64,000 nucleotides of DNA. Source: the human T2T-CHM13v2.0 reference genome, Homo sapiens. This document shows positions 50,796-64,000 of the stretch, one piece after another (the first letter of the stretch is position 1; every line of letters begins with the position of its first letter). Made by a program: the position numbers and the translations under genes. The notes beneath the pieces are model-generated. The model ran no database searches. It saw only the letters and a list, made by a program, of their open reading frames with translations, and was not told the DNA's origin. The stretch lies in assembly GCF_009914755.1 (NCBI RefSeq), contig NC_060932.1. One strand, written 5' to 3'.

Positions 50796-51709
50796 GGACA
50801 CACATTAGCATAAATCGTCACAGCCAGATGACACCAGTGGGATGGCAGTTTGCAGTCTGGCTGTGCAGGGCCAGCCGCCGCTTCCTGGAGAAGGCCAGGT
50901 GGGCTCGGCTGCATTTTGAAGTACAAGCACAGAGAGGCGGGAACTTGAGAGAGAGGACTAGCTTGTGTAGATGGCACACCAGGGCACAGTGAATCCCAGA
51001 AACTCAGTATGGGCATCAGCTGGATTTTACCCCGTGCACACCACGTGCACCCGTGCACAGTTCTCAAACTGTCGTCTATATTCTTGGGAGTGAAAGCTGT
51101 TTTTCCTTCAGCAGAAGGCTCTGACAAATGCTCAACTCAATGATTTCTCAAAAGGCCTTTTAGGAGCAAGATTCTGCAGCCCCCACAAGGTGGGCGTATA
51201 GGAGAGGGGCCATCCTTCTGGGCTCTCAGGGAAGGCTCCGAGGGAAGAGCTGAGGGCAGGGGCTGCCCTGGGCTGGGCTGGGGGTGGGCGTTGGAATGAA
51301 GCCTTGCCGCCCACTGCCAGCTGCCCTACTGCCAGCTGCCCTGGCTTCCTCTGCCTGGGGGAAGGCTTGGGCCATTCCTCTTTAAGCTAATCAGGCATTT
51401 TACAAGCCGAGTCCGAGTCTTTTATAAGCTAGGTGTTCTCCAAATACAGCCCAGGCTTTCTCTCAGGGCCATAATTAATGGGGCCTCCCCACCCTGGCAT
51501 TAGACTCAACTCCCTAGGGTGGCTGAGAGGGGACTCAGGGATGAGCAGGGCAGGTGAAGGAACAGGGGCACGGGTGAGGTTCCACAGGAGCTACATCCCA
51601 GCAAGGAACCTGCCAGCCCGGAGGAGCTCGATCCCGCCTACAGGAAGGGACCTGGGACCCCGGTTAGGAGCCCTAGACCTCTGAGTGAACCAGTGGATGA
51701 GTCCTGCTC

Positions 51710-52010
51710 CCGCTCCCTCCCTCTGAAAGCCCTTCCCTCCCTCCAGCCCTCCCTCCACCCCTCTCTCTTTCCCACCCTCCAGTTTTCTCTGCCCTCCTTC
51801 CTCCTTCCCTTCCTCCACCCTATTCCCTCCCTTCACCCCTCCAACCACTCATTTTTCTTTCCTTCCCTTCACGCCTCCCTCCACCCCTCCCTCTTTCTCT
51901 CTCTCTTTCCCTCTCTCCACCCCTCCCTCTTTTCCTCCCTCTTTCTTTCCCTCCACCCCTCCCTTTTTCCCTCCTTCCATCCTTCCCTTTCTCTCAGCCT
52001 TGCCTCTCTC
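51710..52010. repeat. CT-rich polypyrimidine tract
   Basis: Read directly from the sequence. Confidence 0.85.
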
Positions 52011-52168
52011 TAGCCAGTGCAGGGGGCAGGGGCTGGAGGGGCATTAGACCCAGGCCCCAGAATTGCAGTGGGCACATGCCAGCCACACTGAGTCTCTAGA
52101 GATTTTCAGGACCTTGTTCTCTTCATGCCCAGTTCGGTAGCTGGAAACCTGCATTCACCTCATAGCAG

Positions 52169-52310
52169 CCTCTAGCCAATGGGCGGAGGGCATCCCTGTC
52201 CTGTCCTCTAGCCAATGGCGGAGGGCATCCCTGTCCTGTCCTCTAGCCAACAGGCGGAGGGCATCCCTGTCCTGTCCTCTAACCAATGGGCGGAGGGCAT
52301 CCCTGTCCTG
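52169..52310. repeat. 36-bp tandem repeat x4 containing CCAAT and GC boxes
   Basis: tcta(g/a)ccaa at 52171, 52207, 52242 and 52278. Confidence 0.9.
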
Positions 52311-53144
52311 GCCTCACAGTGAGGAAGCGCTTCATAGATCACAGCTCAAGGCCCACTCGGGCCACTCCTCCTCCACCTGATGCCTGCAGAGCCCCACAAC
52401 ACCTCCTTGAGGCTGCCCAGGGCCCCTTATGCCCTCTGGGGCCCCCCAGTCACTGGCCCAGAGTGGGTGAGGCCCAAGTGGTGCCCTAGTGGCATGAGCT
52501 TGTCCGAGTAGAGGAGGATCCTGGGAGTGTAGCCAGTGCCACCTCCCTGCCCAATTCACACAGGGAAAACTGAGTCCGGGTGCAGGTGGAGGAGTCAGGA
52601 TTTCAACTAAGGCCCCTAAGCCGGCAGCAAGCGCAGGAAAGGAGCTGTGCTGGGGACTCAGATGCTGGCGTGGGGCTCCCGTGCCCATGTGCCCCATGAG
52701 GGCCCCTGTGCCAGGGGAATGTGGGGTCACTCGGGAGTTCACGGCCTGGGCTCGAACCAGAGAGAGGACGCAAGGAATCCCAGTTCCTTCCGCAGGGAGA
52801 GATGGGGCCACCTTGAAAGGTATCTACACCCACCAGCCCCGGTTCAGGTCTCAGCCCCACTCATGCCCATGCTGTGGGGTGTTGGGCCAGCCCCTCAATC
52901 TCTCCAAGCCTGCAATTGGTTGTCTGAAGAAAAAGAGTGACAGCAATGCTGACCAGCACAGAAGGCTGCTCTGGGGTGGGCTTAGCGGTGGATGGGGAGG
53001 CCCAAAACCCAGCCAGCAACCAGCAGTGCCCACCCAGCACCCGTATCTTGACTCCTGACATCCTTCTTCACTCACAGGAATGAGCACTACTTGGAGAAAG
53101 GGCTGATTCTAGGGATGGAATGCGGGAACACAAGATGAGCCTGA

Positions 53145-53451
<307 letters not shown>

Positions 53452-53489
53452 AAACTACCTTTAAAAACAAAACAAAACCAAAACCAAAC

Positions 53490-53910
53490 TTCTTTATTGA
53501 GATATAATTCATTTCATGAAACTCACCCATTTAAAGTGAACAGTTCAGTGGTTTCAGTACTGCATAGTTGCAGGGTTGTGCAACCATCACCACAATCTAA
53601 TTTTGGGATGTTTTTACTCCGAAAAGAAACCTGTGCCCATCAGCCGTCAGTGCCAGCTTCCCTGCTCCCAGCCCCTGGCAACCCCTGCTTCACTTTGCCT
53701 CCGTGTGAATTTGTCTGTTCTGCACTTGTCATGCAAAGGGGATCATACACTATGTGGCCTCTGTGTCTGGCTTCTGTCCCTGAGCACCAAGTTCTCAAGG
53801 CTCACTGCCTTGTTGCCTATGTCAGTGCTTGATTCCACGGAATGTACTCCATGTGGATAGAGCACATTTGTCTATCGGTTCATCAGTTGAAGGACATTTG
53901 GGTTGTGGAA
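53490..53910 (-). mobile_element. Old L1M 3' end fragment
   Basis: ctttattgagatataattca...cacccatttaaagtg...gtgcaaccatcaccacaatctaatttt. Confidence 0.75.
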
Positions 53911-54286
53911 GACCATGTGGGGCCAGAAAAGAAGAAAATCCTAAAAAAAAGACCCAAAATGATGCGGACTGTGAAAGGAATAGATCAGACAGCTGAAAAC
54001 CCTTCCAATGGCCAGAGCTGGAACAATTTGAGCAGCAAAATAAATAACAGTATTGGATTATACTCCTGTGCATAAAATAAATGTTTACAAGTCCATAATG
54101 ATATCAATAAATGATTGAAGAAAGAAGGATATTGGAGAGAAAAGACCAATCTTCTGCATAAGAATTCCAAATAATTTACATAGATACTTTGCTTGAAAAG
54201 GTGGAGCTTAAATTGCCACTCCTCAGATGTGGCTGCACTTAGTGACTTCCTTCCAACCATGACAGCATGGAAATAGGGTGGGGGAA

Positions 54287-54641
54287 TGTATGAGTGTGTT
54301 TTCACGCTGCTTAGAAGGCATACCAGAGACTGGGCAATTTACAAAAGAAAGAAGTTTAATGGACTTACAGTTCCACGTGGCTGGGAAGGGCTCACAATCA
54401 TGGCAGAAGGCAAGGAGGAGCAAGTCATGTCTTACAGGGATGGCAGCAGGCAAAGAGAAAGACCTTGCGCAGGGAAACTCCCATTTTTAAAACCACCAGA
54501 TTTCATGAGACTTATTCACTATCATGAGAGCAGCATGGGAAAGACCTGCCCCCATGATTCAATCACCTCCCTCCAGGCACCTCCCACAACATGTGGGAAT
54601 TCAAGATGTGATTTGGGTGGGGACACAGTGAAACCGTATCG
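54287..54641. mobile_element. THE1-type MaLR solo LTR
   Basis: ctgggcaatttacaaaagaaaga...cacaatcatggcagaaggcaaggaggagcaagtc...atttgggtggggacacag; 5-bp target-site duplication gggaa (54282-54286 / 54642-54646). Confidence 0.88.
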
Positions 54642-55067
54642 GGGAAAAAACATTACCAGGAGAGAAGCCTGGCAGATACAACACCATGGAAGTGGTCAAG
54701 GTCAGCATCAACAGTGGTGAATCCCAGTGTCAGTGCCTACTGTTGATGTGGTGACAGAAACAGTGATTCACTTCTGCTTCAGTCTTCTCAAAACGACCAT
54801 CCCAGTCTAACCACCAGGAAAACACCAGGCAAATTGAGAGACACGCCACAAAATATTCAACCAGTACCTCTGAAAACTGTCGAGGTCACGAAAAACAAGG
54901 CAAGTCTGAGAAACTGTCACCGCCCAGAGGAGCCTCTGTAAACATGAGTATGTACCACACAGGCTCTTGGAGGGTAATAGATGAGAAAAAGACATTAGGG
55001 GAGAATGAAGCCAATCTGAATCAAGTGTGGATTCAGCTCATAATAATGGGTCAATATTGGTTCATTA

Positions 55068-55634
<567 letters not shown>

Positions 55635-55844
55635 TTAGAGCAGCTGTTCTCCTGGTCCCCAGAAGACCACATCTTGGGTCTTGTTTGCCATGCAGGCAGT
55701 AACATTCTGTCTTTGGTAACCTGAAGAAGACCTGCGAATAGCTTGTCTCAGGAGATAAAATGCCAAGATAATGAAGCTAAGGCCACAGGTCACGCCCTTC
55801 AATCATCATTGCACAGTAGACGTTCTCACAGGCATGGCTTGCAC

Positions 55845-56190
55845 CTAGACCCTGGTCACACCCTGAGCCCTGACCCTAGACACACACTTAGGTCTGACCC
55901 TGGCTACACACTGAGCCCTGATCGTGCTTCCACTCTGTTTTGACTCTGGACATACATTGAGCCCTGATCCTGGATATATATTGAGCCCCGATCCTGGTCA
56001 CACACTGAGCCCTGATCTGACACTGAGCCTGGATTCTGATCACATACTGAGACCCATTCCCACACTTTGGGTCATGCTGTCACACTATATATGACTCTGG
56101 ACACACATTGATCTCTGACTGTGGTCACAGGCTGAGTCCTGAATGTGACCCCACACTGTGACCTGACTCTGGACATAAATTAATGCTGAT
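55845..56190. repeat. Degenerate tandem repeat of about 24 bp (ctgaccctggtcacacactgagcc)
   Basis: Recurrent ctga.cctgg..acacac units. Confidence 0.7.
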
Positions 56191-56195
56191 CTTGC

Positions 56196-56754
56196 TGTAA
56201 AAATTAAGTAATTCGAAATCAAAGCTGTTGGAACTTTAAATTATTTTGAGACTTAAAGGAGTGTGACTATAAGACCTGAATCATGTAAACAGGCAGCTGT
56301 AACCTTTGTTCTTCTCATTATAGATTAGCCTCTTCTTTACCTGCATCATTGTGCAGTATGTTGTAAAAGACAACAGGGTGCCAAAGAAGACCACTTTCCC
56401 TCTTCACTGTTGATCTCTTTATACACTGACTTCCCTTTTACTTCTCCCAGACAAAGACTTCACGACTATCACGTTGTCTAAGATGGAATGTTAAATATAC
56501 TTTTAAACTGGAAAAGGAAAACAAGTTGTAATCAAATTGCTGTATCTCATAAACTGGCCTTGTACGAAAAAAAAAACATAAGCCTGTTAAATGTCTTTGT
56601 TTTATCTGTCTAGAAAAGCAAGACCTTAACTTTCCAGCTTCGGAGCACTGACCTCATTCTTCTAGGGTCTGTGTTACCTGGATGGTCATTCTTAGCTTTG
56701 CACTTGAATAAATTTAGACTGGATTCTGATCCTTTCTATTATTTCGGGTTGCCA
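56196..56754 (+). mobile_element. Solo ERV1-like LTR (family uncertain)
   Basis: TG...CA ends, an AT-rich block in GC-rich surroundings, and AATAAA near the 3' end. Confidence 0.6.
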
Positions 56755-58289
56755 TGGCTCACATTCTCAGCCCTGGCCCTGGTCATAGTGATTGGAAGAT
56801 GTATTAAGATCTAGGAACAGAGTTTGGGGGAAGCAAAGGAATGCCAGTTTGCTCAGAGACACAGAGCACTTCACAAAGGGATCAGAGAGCAGCTGGGGGC
56901 TCAGGCTGATGGGGCTCTTAAAGGGGCATGAGCCGGGAGGCACCGGGAAAAAGCTGGGCATTGCAAGGTGCCCCAGCACCTGCTCTTGGCCATCCTGCTT
57001 CTTTCCCTCTTTCCTTCCCACCCAGAACCTTGCCCTGCAACCCCTTTCTCCCTGCTGCCTCTGGCCTCCTGGAGCAGGGAGTACACCAGCTTTTGGAAAC
57101 CCATTTTGAAGGATCCCAGCCTCTGGGCTCCAGGCTCACTGAGTGTGGCACACAGCTGCACCATGAATGCTTGCCCAGGCATGTCCAGGCTGGTCCCTCC
57201 CTGAGCTGTGCTGGCTCCTTTGGGAGCAGAGACTGGGGCGGGGAGGTGGAGGACACAGATGATTCACTCTGGGTTCCCAGGCAGGCTGGGTGCACATGTT
57301 TCCAGCTGATCTGGTCAGCCAGGAGCCAGGATGCAAGGATGCCTGTGTTCCTGAGCGTGGGGTGTGGCTGGTATTTTCCAGGAGCAAGGAGGTGGCAAAC
57401 TGGATAAACAAGGGTGTCTAGGCTTCTGTCTCAGCTCCCAGCAGGCTGCAGGGCTCACCCGGGACAGCTCAGTTTGCCTTCCCTGCAGACTGGGGCTGAG
57501 CCATGGCTTGCTCCTGCAGGGCCTACAGCTGGGGGCACTGGAGGTGGCCCGGGAAGGGTCATTAGGAGCTCACCAGCCAGGCAACACCCGCAAGGGCTTC
57601 CATCTCCGAACACACTGTCTTGAAGTTCTCTGCCCGCGAAGTGGGGTGGAAATTCAGCACCCCCCCGAGCAGAGCCTGGCCGTGAGATAGATGACTTGCC
57701 CTGTTTAAAGCGGTGCCCAGGGACAGCCTCCACGTCACCATCACTCAGGCTCCCTCTTGCAGCCCCTGCTGGCAAAGTGGAAATGTGGCTTGCAGAGTTG
57801 CGTCTGAAGCCAAGCAGAGGGTGGGAACGGAGCCAAACTCATAACTGAACCACCAGCACCCCCGCTGGGCAGCCCCGGCAGTGCACCCTCGGGGTCCTTC
57901 AGCGGAGAGGAGCTGGCCCCACCTGCCAGCCCCATGGTGCTCCCAGCCAGTGATGAGGCATGGCGGGGGCTGCTCCTCTGTGGCCTCCTATTAGGGCAGC
58001 TTTGGCTGGGATGTCTCTGAGGCCAGCCGACATCTCAAAATGGCCCCGCCATCCAGGAGGCCCCCTCCTTCCGCAACTGTCAGAGCTATGCGGAGTCCCA
58101 CAGCTCTCGCCTCCCACTCCTGTTCCCTCTCATCCTTCACAGGCTTTTCTGGCAAAATGTTCTTGCACATAGAGTCCTGCCTTGGCATCTGGTGTGAACA
58201 ACAGAATCCAGTACACCCAAAGCCCCTCTACAAGACAGCCCCCATCTGCTCTGCAGACGCCCCGGCCTCAGCCCTGCACCTCTTCCTGT

Positions 58290-59085
58290 CTCACACACAT
58301 ATACGATACACACACACTCACACACACACAAAATACACTCACACACACAAAATACACTCACATACACAAGACACACAGACGTGTACTCACACACAAGCAC
58401 AGGGACACACGTACACACATACCCACACATGTATACACGCACACATTCACACAAAATACACACAGACACACATTCACACACATAGACGTTACTTACACAA
58501 GCACATGCACACATGTACACACACTCCCACACATGCACACTCACACACAGACATGCACTCACAAGCATATGCATACATGTGCACACATATGCACACTTAC
58601 TGATGTGCACTCACACGCAATACACAGACACACACACGCACTCACACACAACACACACACAGACTGCACTCACATGCACATTCACACACATTCACAATAC
58701 AGACATACACATGCACACAGGTACATTCCCGCACACGCACACTCACACAGTGCATTCATACAGTACACTCACACTCGGACAAGCACTCACACAAGCATAT
58801 TCATACGTACATCTACTCACACACGTACACACACAAGCACACTCACATCAGTGACACACACTGGCTCACATGTGCACTCACACATAACACATCCTCTTTC
58901 ACACATGCACTGACATTCACTCTCAAACATTTGCACACACACACATTTACATTTACTCACACACACATTTACATTTACTCACATACAGTCACATTCACAC
59001 TCACATTTGCATGTGAACACACCTGTAAGCACACATACACTTGTGCACACACCTGCACACTGTTTGGACTGCACTCACACACCAA
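58290..59085. repeat. Complex (CA)/(CACT) low-complexity tract
   Basis: Read directly from the sequence. Confidence 0.92.
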
Positions 59086-59791
59086 CCCCAGAGTGCACCA
59101 GGCTTGGTCCAGCCCCCCGGCGCTTCCCCCGCGACTGACCGAGGCTGGTGTAGGAGGGAGGGAGGAAGCTGTCCCGCCTCCGGAGGGGAGATGAGGGCCA
59201 TTCCAGAGCTTAGCTGCTCCGCTGCCTCTCATCAAGAGCAGGGCCAGGGAGGCCCAGCGGCTTCGGGGAGTCAGATTCGGTGGACCAGGCAGGAGGAGGG
59301 TAGGACCTGTGGCTCCCCTGCCACGACCACACTGTGTGCTGAGGTGCCTGGCTCTGGGCTCTGGCAGACCAGGTTTTGCAGTGTGGGCTGCATGGCCATC
59401 TCCTTCCTCTCCTTAACATTCTTTTTCCATGAAGTGGGAATCATGATCCCTCCAGCCCTAAGTTGTCCCCAGAATTAAAGGGGCATGTGTGTGTCTGGCA
59501 GAGTCCTGGGACCAAGGAAAACCCCAGAGAAACAGGGGGACGGTGCTGTGAAAAGGAAGTGTTGGCTGTGAGGGCCTGATCCAAGTCACCTAGGAAGATG
59601 GGGGCAAGAGGGACCCGGGCCCAGGGAGCCGCGGAGCCGGGGAGGATGGGGCGGAGGTCTGTGGCTGGCCGGCTTGCACCGGGCCTCCTCTGCTGCCTGC
59701 CCACTGCTCCCCAATGCTGGGCAGGACCTCGAGTTTCCTCACCTGCAGGATGGGACCACCCCACCGGCCTCTGCTCGCCTCTCCTTCTCCT

Positions 59792-60622
59792 TCCCAAACT
59801 GCGCAGCTCTCAGCACCCTCTTCGTACCACTCCCAGCACCCAGCAAACACATCTAAAACAGTGTAGCACAGCTCACAGGCCCTGGCACGCTGTGGGGGCT
59901 GTGACGGGGCCCAGCAGACCACGGGGACGACGAGCATCATCAGAGAGTAACCTGCAACCTGGCCATGCTGGGTCCTCCTGGGGACCTGACTAGCAGGAGG
60001 CACCCTTGAGGTCTCGGTGGTTCTGGGGCCCACAGGCTTCAGATCTGGCCCGTCTCCCATCTTCCACTCTTCTCCACGGCTCACTTTGCCTGAAAAATAG
60101 GCTAATGCTGCCTGCTCTACTGGCCAGCTGGGGAGGCTCTGTTGGTGAAATGAGAGCCCATAGGCTGGAAAGTGTTTGAAACATTTGAAGGCCCAAGTCT
60201 GGAGGGCAGGTCCCAAGGTCCACTCAGATCCTGAGTTCATTGGCTCAGCCTTGGGGCGGGGCTCTCGCTCCCGGAAGGGGATCTGCCTGGTGAAGCCCAG
60301 GGCAGTGGATTCAAGTCTAAGTCCGCCGCTGTGGATGTGGGGCCTGAGCAAACCACTCAGCCCTCTCAGAGGCCCTCATGAGGCTCCCAATTTCTGGCCT
60401 GCCAGGGCATGACCTCCCTGGAGACCCTCACTCCAGACGCCTAGAAGTCAGTGACCCTGCAGCAAGAGGGAGAGGAGCCCGCAGCCAGGGCTGCTCTGAT
60501 GGACGCCACAGGGCCGTGCCGACCCATGGCCCAGACTCCTTTTAGCAAAGGCCTCCTCTAGAAGTGTTTGCCAAGTGCTGGGGGTGGTAAGAAGGGGGTG
60601 CCAAGAGCTGCGCAGTTTGGGA
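59792..60622. repeat. 64-bp diverged inverted repeat (59792-59855 / 60559-60622)
   Basis: tcccaaactgcgcagctct...gcaaacac versus gtgtttgc...agagctgcgcagtttggga. Confidence 0.8.
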
Positions 60623-63600
60623 GCGAGAGGGGGTGGGAGAACTGAGAGGGGCTGGGTCCCAAGGGGCAGTTGTACTGAGGAGGAGGCTGCCGACAGCGCT
60701 GGGCCCCCAAGCCTCTGCTGGGCTTCTGGGAAGCAAACGGCTAAGTGTCCTGTTCCCTGTAGCCCAGCTAAGAAAGACCCTTGAGGGAAGCAGGCAGCCA
60801 CAGAGGCTGTACAGTCTTGGGAACCGTGGCACAGCCCAGGGTGGGCCAGGACAGTCCCCGTGCCCCTCACAGGCCTGGGGAGGGTAAGGCAGAGCCCATC
60901 AGGCTGTCCCCAGAGACCCCAGCTGCCTCCTGGGCCAGGAGACAGGAGTCGTAGTCCTTGTTTACAGGTTGGCTAGGGGAAGCCCTGGGGGAGATGGGCA
61001 GGAGGAGGACGTGGCTAAGAGCTGGGGTGGGTGTTGCGGCCTCTCCAGGAGTATTCTGGAGAGAATTTCCTAAACAGAACAGGCTCTGTGAGGCCACCCA
61101 CACTTGCTGCCTGCTGGCGACCCCTGGAGTGGCATCCCCCCTCACACTTCTGTGGGACCCTCAGACACAGCCGTCGCCATTGCTGAATGACCGTCGCTGG
61201 CCACACGGGCAGCTGGACCATGGCCACAACTCACCAAAGGGCCAGAGGCACGACTCACCGAAGGGGTAGAGGTGGGATGCTGCCCACTGGTGGGAGGAGA
61301 GTACAGAGATGGACTCTACCCAGTTGCGACAAATTCAGGAGTTTCCCGAAGGGACTGCGACCTCTGTAGGCAAGGCCAAAACATCTAGGGGAGGCCGGGC
61401 GCACACCCCCTGGACCAAGGGTGTGACCCAGGGCTGGCGAGTGGGTACCTGGGTGGGTCTGCCAGGTGGGGAGCCGGCTCTGTCTGCCAAGGGCCCTGAG
61501 GGCAGGATGTGGTCTGCCGGACAGCACGTCTGCTCACAGAGGGACCACCTCAGGAGGGCTTTCTTCTGAGCAGTTGTGCTTCCTGTCCTGAGCACCTTGG
61601 GGAAACTGAGGCAGGAGGTAGTGTGGAGCGGTGAGTATCTTGGCAGGGGTGCCTCTTCACCAGCTCACGCCGCAAAGCCTGCCTACCCCAGCCTCCAGCC
61701 CTCATGGGCCTTGGAACCCCTCCGGGCATTTCCACAGCCCACTCCCAGGAAAGCCTGGCTCACAGGTAACCAGAGCACACTCCTATCACAGTGAGTCCCA
61801 CAGCACCCATGCCTGGATGCTGGCCAAGCTCAGGCGCCTGCCACTGCCACTGGCTGTGCCCTGCCTGCAGGTCTCCCTCATTCTACCCTCTCCTCAGATT
61901 CTCTCCTCTGCCTCTTCCAGGAAGCCTCCCGTGACTCCACCCAGAGCCCTCTTGTCCCTGAATTCCTGGGGTTCTTTTGGCTTTGGGGATAAGTGGGTGT
62001 GCAGCTGTCGTGTCCCTAGGTGCAAGCTGGACCAGTGCCCAGCCTCCCCGATGGCCTTCTTAGGGCCCACCCTGCAAACCTCTGCTTTATCTTCCAGATA
62101 CAACCTCACCCATGAAGGGAAGGCCACGCCTGCATCCCTTAGGGTCAGAAGCCAAGACGCCCTGCAGGCTCTGCACCTGACTCTGGAGCCTAAGATCCCT
62201 AGAAGCAGGGCAGTGCTGCCTCCCTACAGCTTAGTCCTGCCCATGGTGGGTCCTTGGTTCAGCCATTCATTCATTCCCTCCCCTCCCCCCTGCCCCATGT
62301 CATAGACAGGCTGGCTGGGCCCTATGCCGGGGCTGGGCCAAATCCTGCATGTGCAGAAGGATCCCGTGAGAGCCTGCCCACAGCAAGGTCGGTCAGAAGG
62401 GATGGCTGAGGCACAAGGGGCGGGGTTTACAGCCCAGGTGGGGGCAGCAGCGTGGGGTGCAGGAGCCCAGAGGGAGGGTGCAGGGCCATCCAGCAAGGCC
62501 AGCCTGCAGAAGGCCGTTCCTGCCCAGTCCAGGTGCAGAGCCTTACTAGGACCTGGGAGAGCAAAGGGACAGGCAAGGTCATACCTGCGGGGGTGTGGGG
62601 CTCCTCTGCTGGGCCTAGACGTTGAGTTCATACCCCTTTGCCAGGTTGGGAGAGGGCATCGGCTGGGGACAAAGCGGGTCAAGCAGGTATGAGATTACCC
62701 TTGGATCTCTTCCTCCTGCAGCTTGGAGGATGCCAGCAGGGGCCGGCGTTGAGGAGGCCCTCGGGTGGCATCACCAGCATGGCTCTGAGGGTCTCTATTT
62801 CCAGAGCTCTGCATCTGTGAGCTCAGGCACCCCACCCAGTCAGCGAGGGAGAAGGCAGGCCGCTCCTCAGTGGACACATGCCAGTGGCCTCAGGTCCCAT
62901 TGCTCCACCTCTCGCAGTGGAAGGCCACCCCCAATGTGCTGAGTCCACTCAGCAGAAGGGAAGCGCTTTCCCTGAGCTTGCAGGACTCGGCCCAGAGCCC
63001 GGTGCTTAGAGGGCTCTGTGAGCCTTTGGGCCCAGGGGGCCTGTAGACGCCTCTGGAGGCTGGAATGTCCGTGGAAAGCACCACCTTGCTGATTCTGCCG
63101 CAGAGGCTGGGCTGGCATGTGGGCTGGGGCTTGTCCTAACACTGGGACCCTGGCAGGTCTCTGGGGTTGCAGGCAGGAAGCAGGTAAGGCTTCCACACTA
63201 CAGCCTGTATGAGGTTGTGTAAGGTAAAGCATTCATGTATTCATTTGCTCGGCAAGTATTCATTTACTTCCTACATGCTGGACACTGTGCTGGGTATTTG
63301 CCACAGTGGCCTTGACTGGCATCCACAGGGCCAGCAGCTTAAGGGCACACAGCCTGGGGGCCATGGGGGTGGTAAGAATGTGGGCCTGAGGTGGTGGGAA
63401 ATGGCTCCTGCACGGAAAACATGCTTCCCGTAGTCCCAGGCAGCTTAGAAGACCTACTGATGAGCATCGAAACAGAATCCTGCTCCTAAGCCTGGCTGTG
63501 CTCTCCCAGTGTGAGGTCTTTGGTTGCCGTCCATGTCATTGTCCTCCTCCTTACCACAGGGGCCCTGGGCAGCCAACCTTGGCAATACTCATGCAGATCT

Positions 63601-63689
63601 AATGAAACCATGCCCACAGACACCGTCTGTGCCCCTGCCTGGCTACCTCATGCCTGTGCCTGGTTGGAGGCTGCACATCTTTGGCTGGG

Positions 63690-64000
63690 GTTTGCTCTTG
63701 GCCTGGATTCCATTTTCTCCCAGCAAGGTAGGTGTGTAGAGGGGGTGTTTTTCTAGCACTGATGCAGTGGCTGGCATGTTTCTTCATACATGGCATGTGG
63801 CATTAGCAATTTAAATCTCCACCTCTGGGTGTGATTTTTAGCATTAAAATGAGGAAGGGGTAACTCCAGGTTGAAATTTAGGTCTAACTACACATGTGGG
63901 GCTTCAGGGAAGTCCCTAGCCCCCTGCTTCAGGGGGCTGATTGGCTGAAAGTTAGGTGAGCTAGAGCTTGAGTAAGGGGCTTTGTTTTTCTCCCCTAGGC
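63690..64000. mobile_element. Possible LTR fragment running off the window end
   Basis: catgtggcattagcaatttaaatctccacc...gcattaaaatgag resembles MER4-group LTRs; weak recall only. Confidence 0.35.

Overview
Primate, almost certainly human, genomic DNA from the Ly6/uPAR (three-finger LU-domain) cluster that I recognise as 8q24.3. I assembled three known minus-strand genes by hand from GT-AG splice sites: SLURP2 (97 aa; 11248-11197, 6582-6478, 6183-6047), LYNX1 (116 aa; 17399-17348, 17136-17035, 16805-16609) and LY6D (128 aa; 27954-27903, 27125-27027, 26894-26659). The main result is a fourth, apparently intact three-exon Ly6-family gene upstream of LY6D that I cannot match to any human LY6 gene I know (47483-47432, 42522-42424, 39170-38959; 120 aa). 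It has a TATA box, an AP-1 site, a 52-nt signal-peptide exon like its neighbours, canonical phase-1 splice sites, all 10 LU cysteines plus one extra, a CCxxxxCN motif, a GPI-like tail and an AATAAA signal. The rest of the window is Alu, L1, LTR and MER repeats, several VNTRs and microsatellites, and several non-Alu inverted duplications. Nearly all other ORFs in the supplied track are noise from GC-rich or repetitive DNA. Repeat family names and gene identities come from recall, not from a database search.
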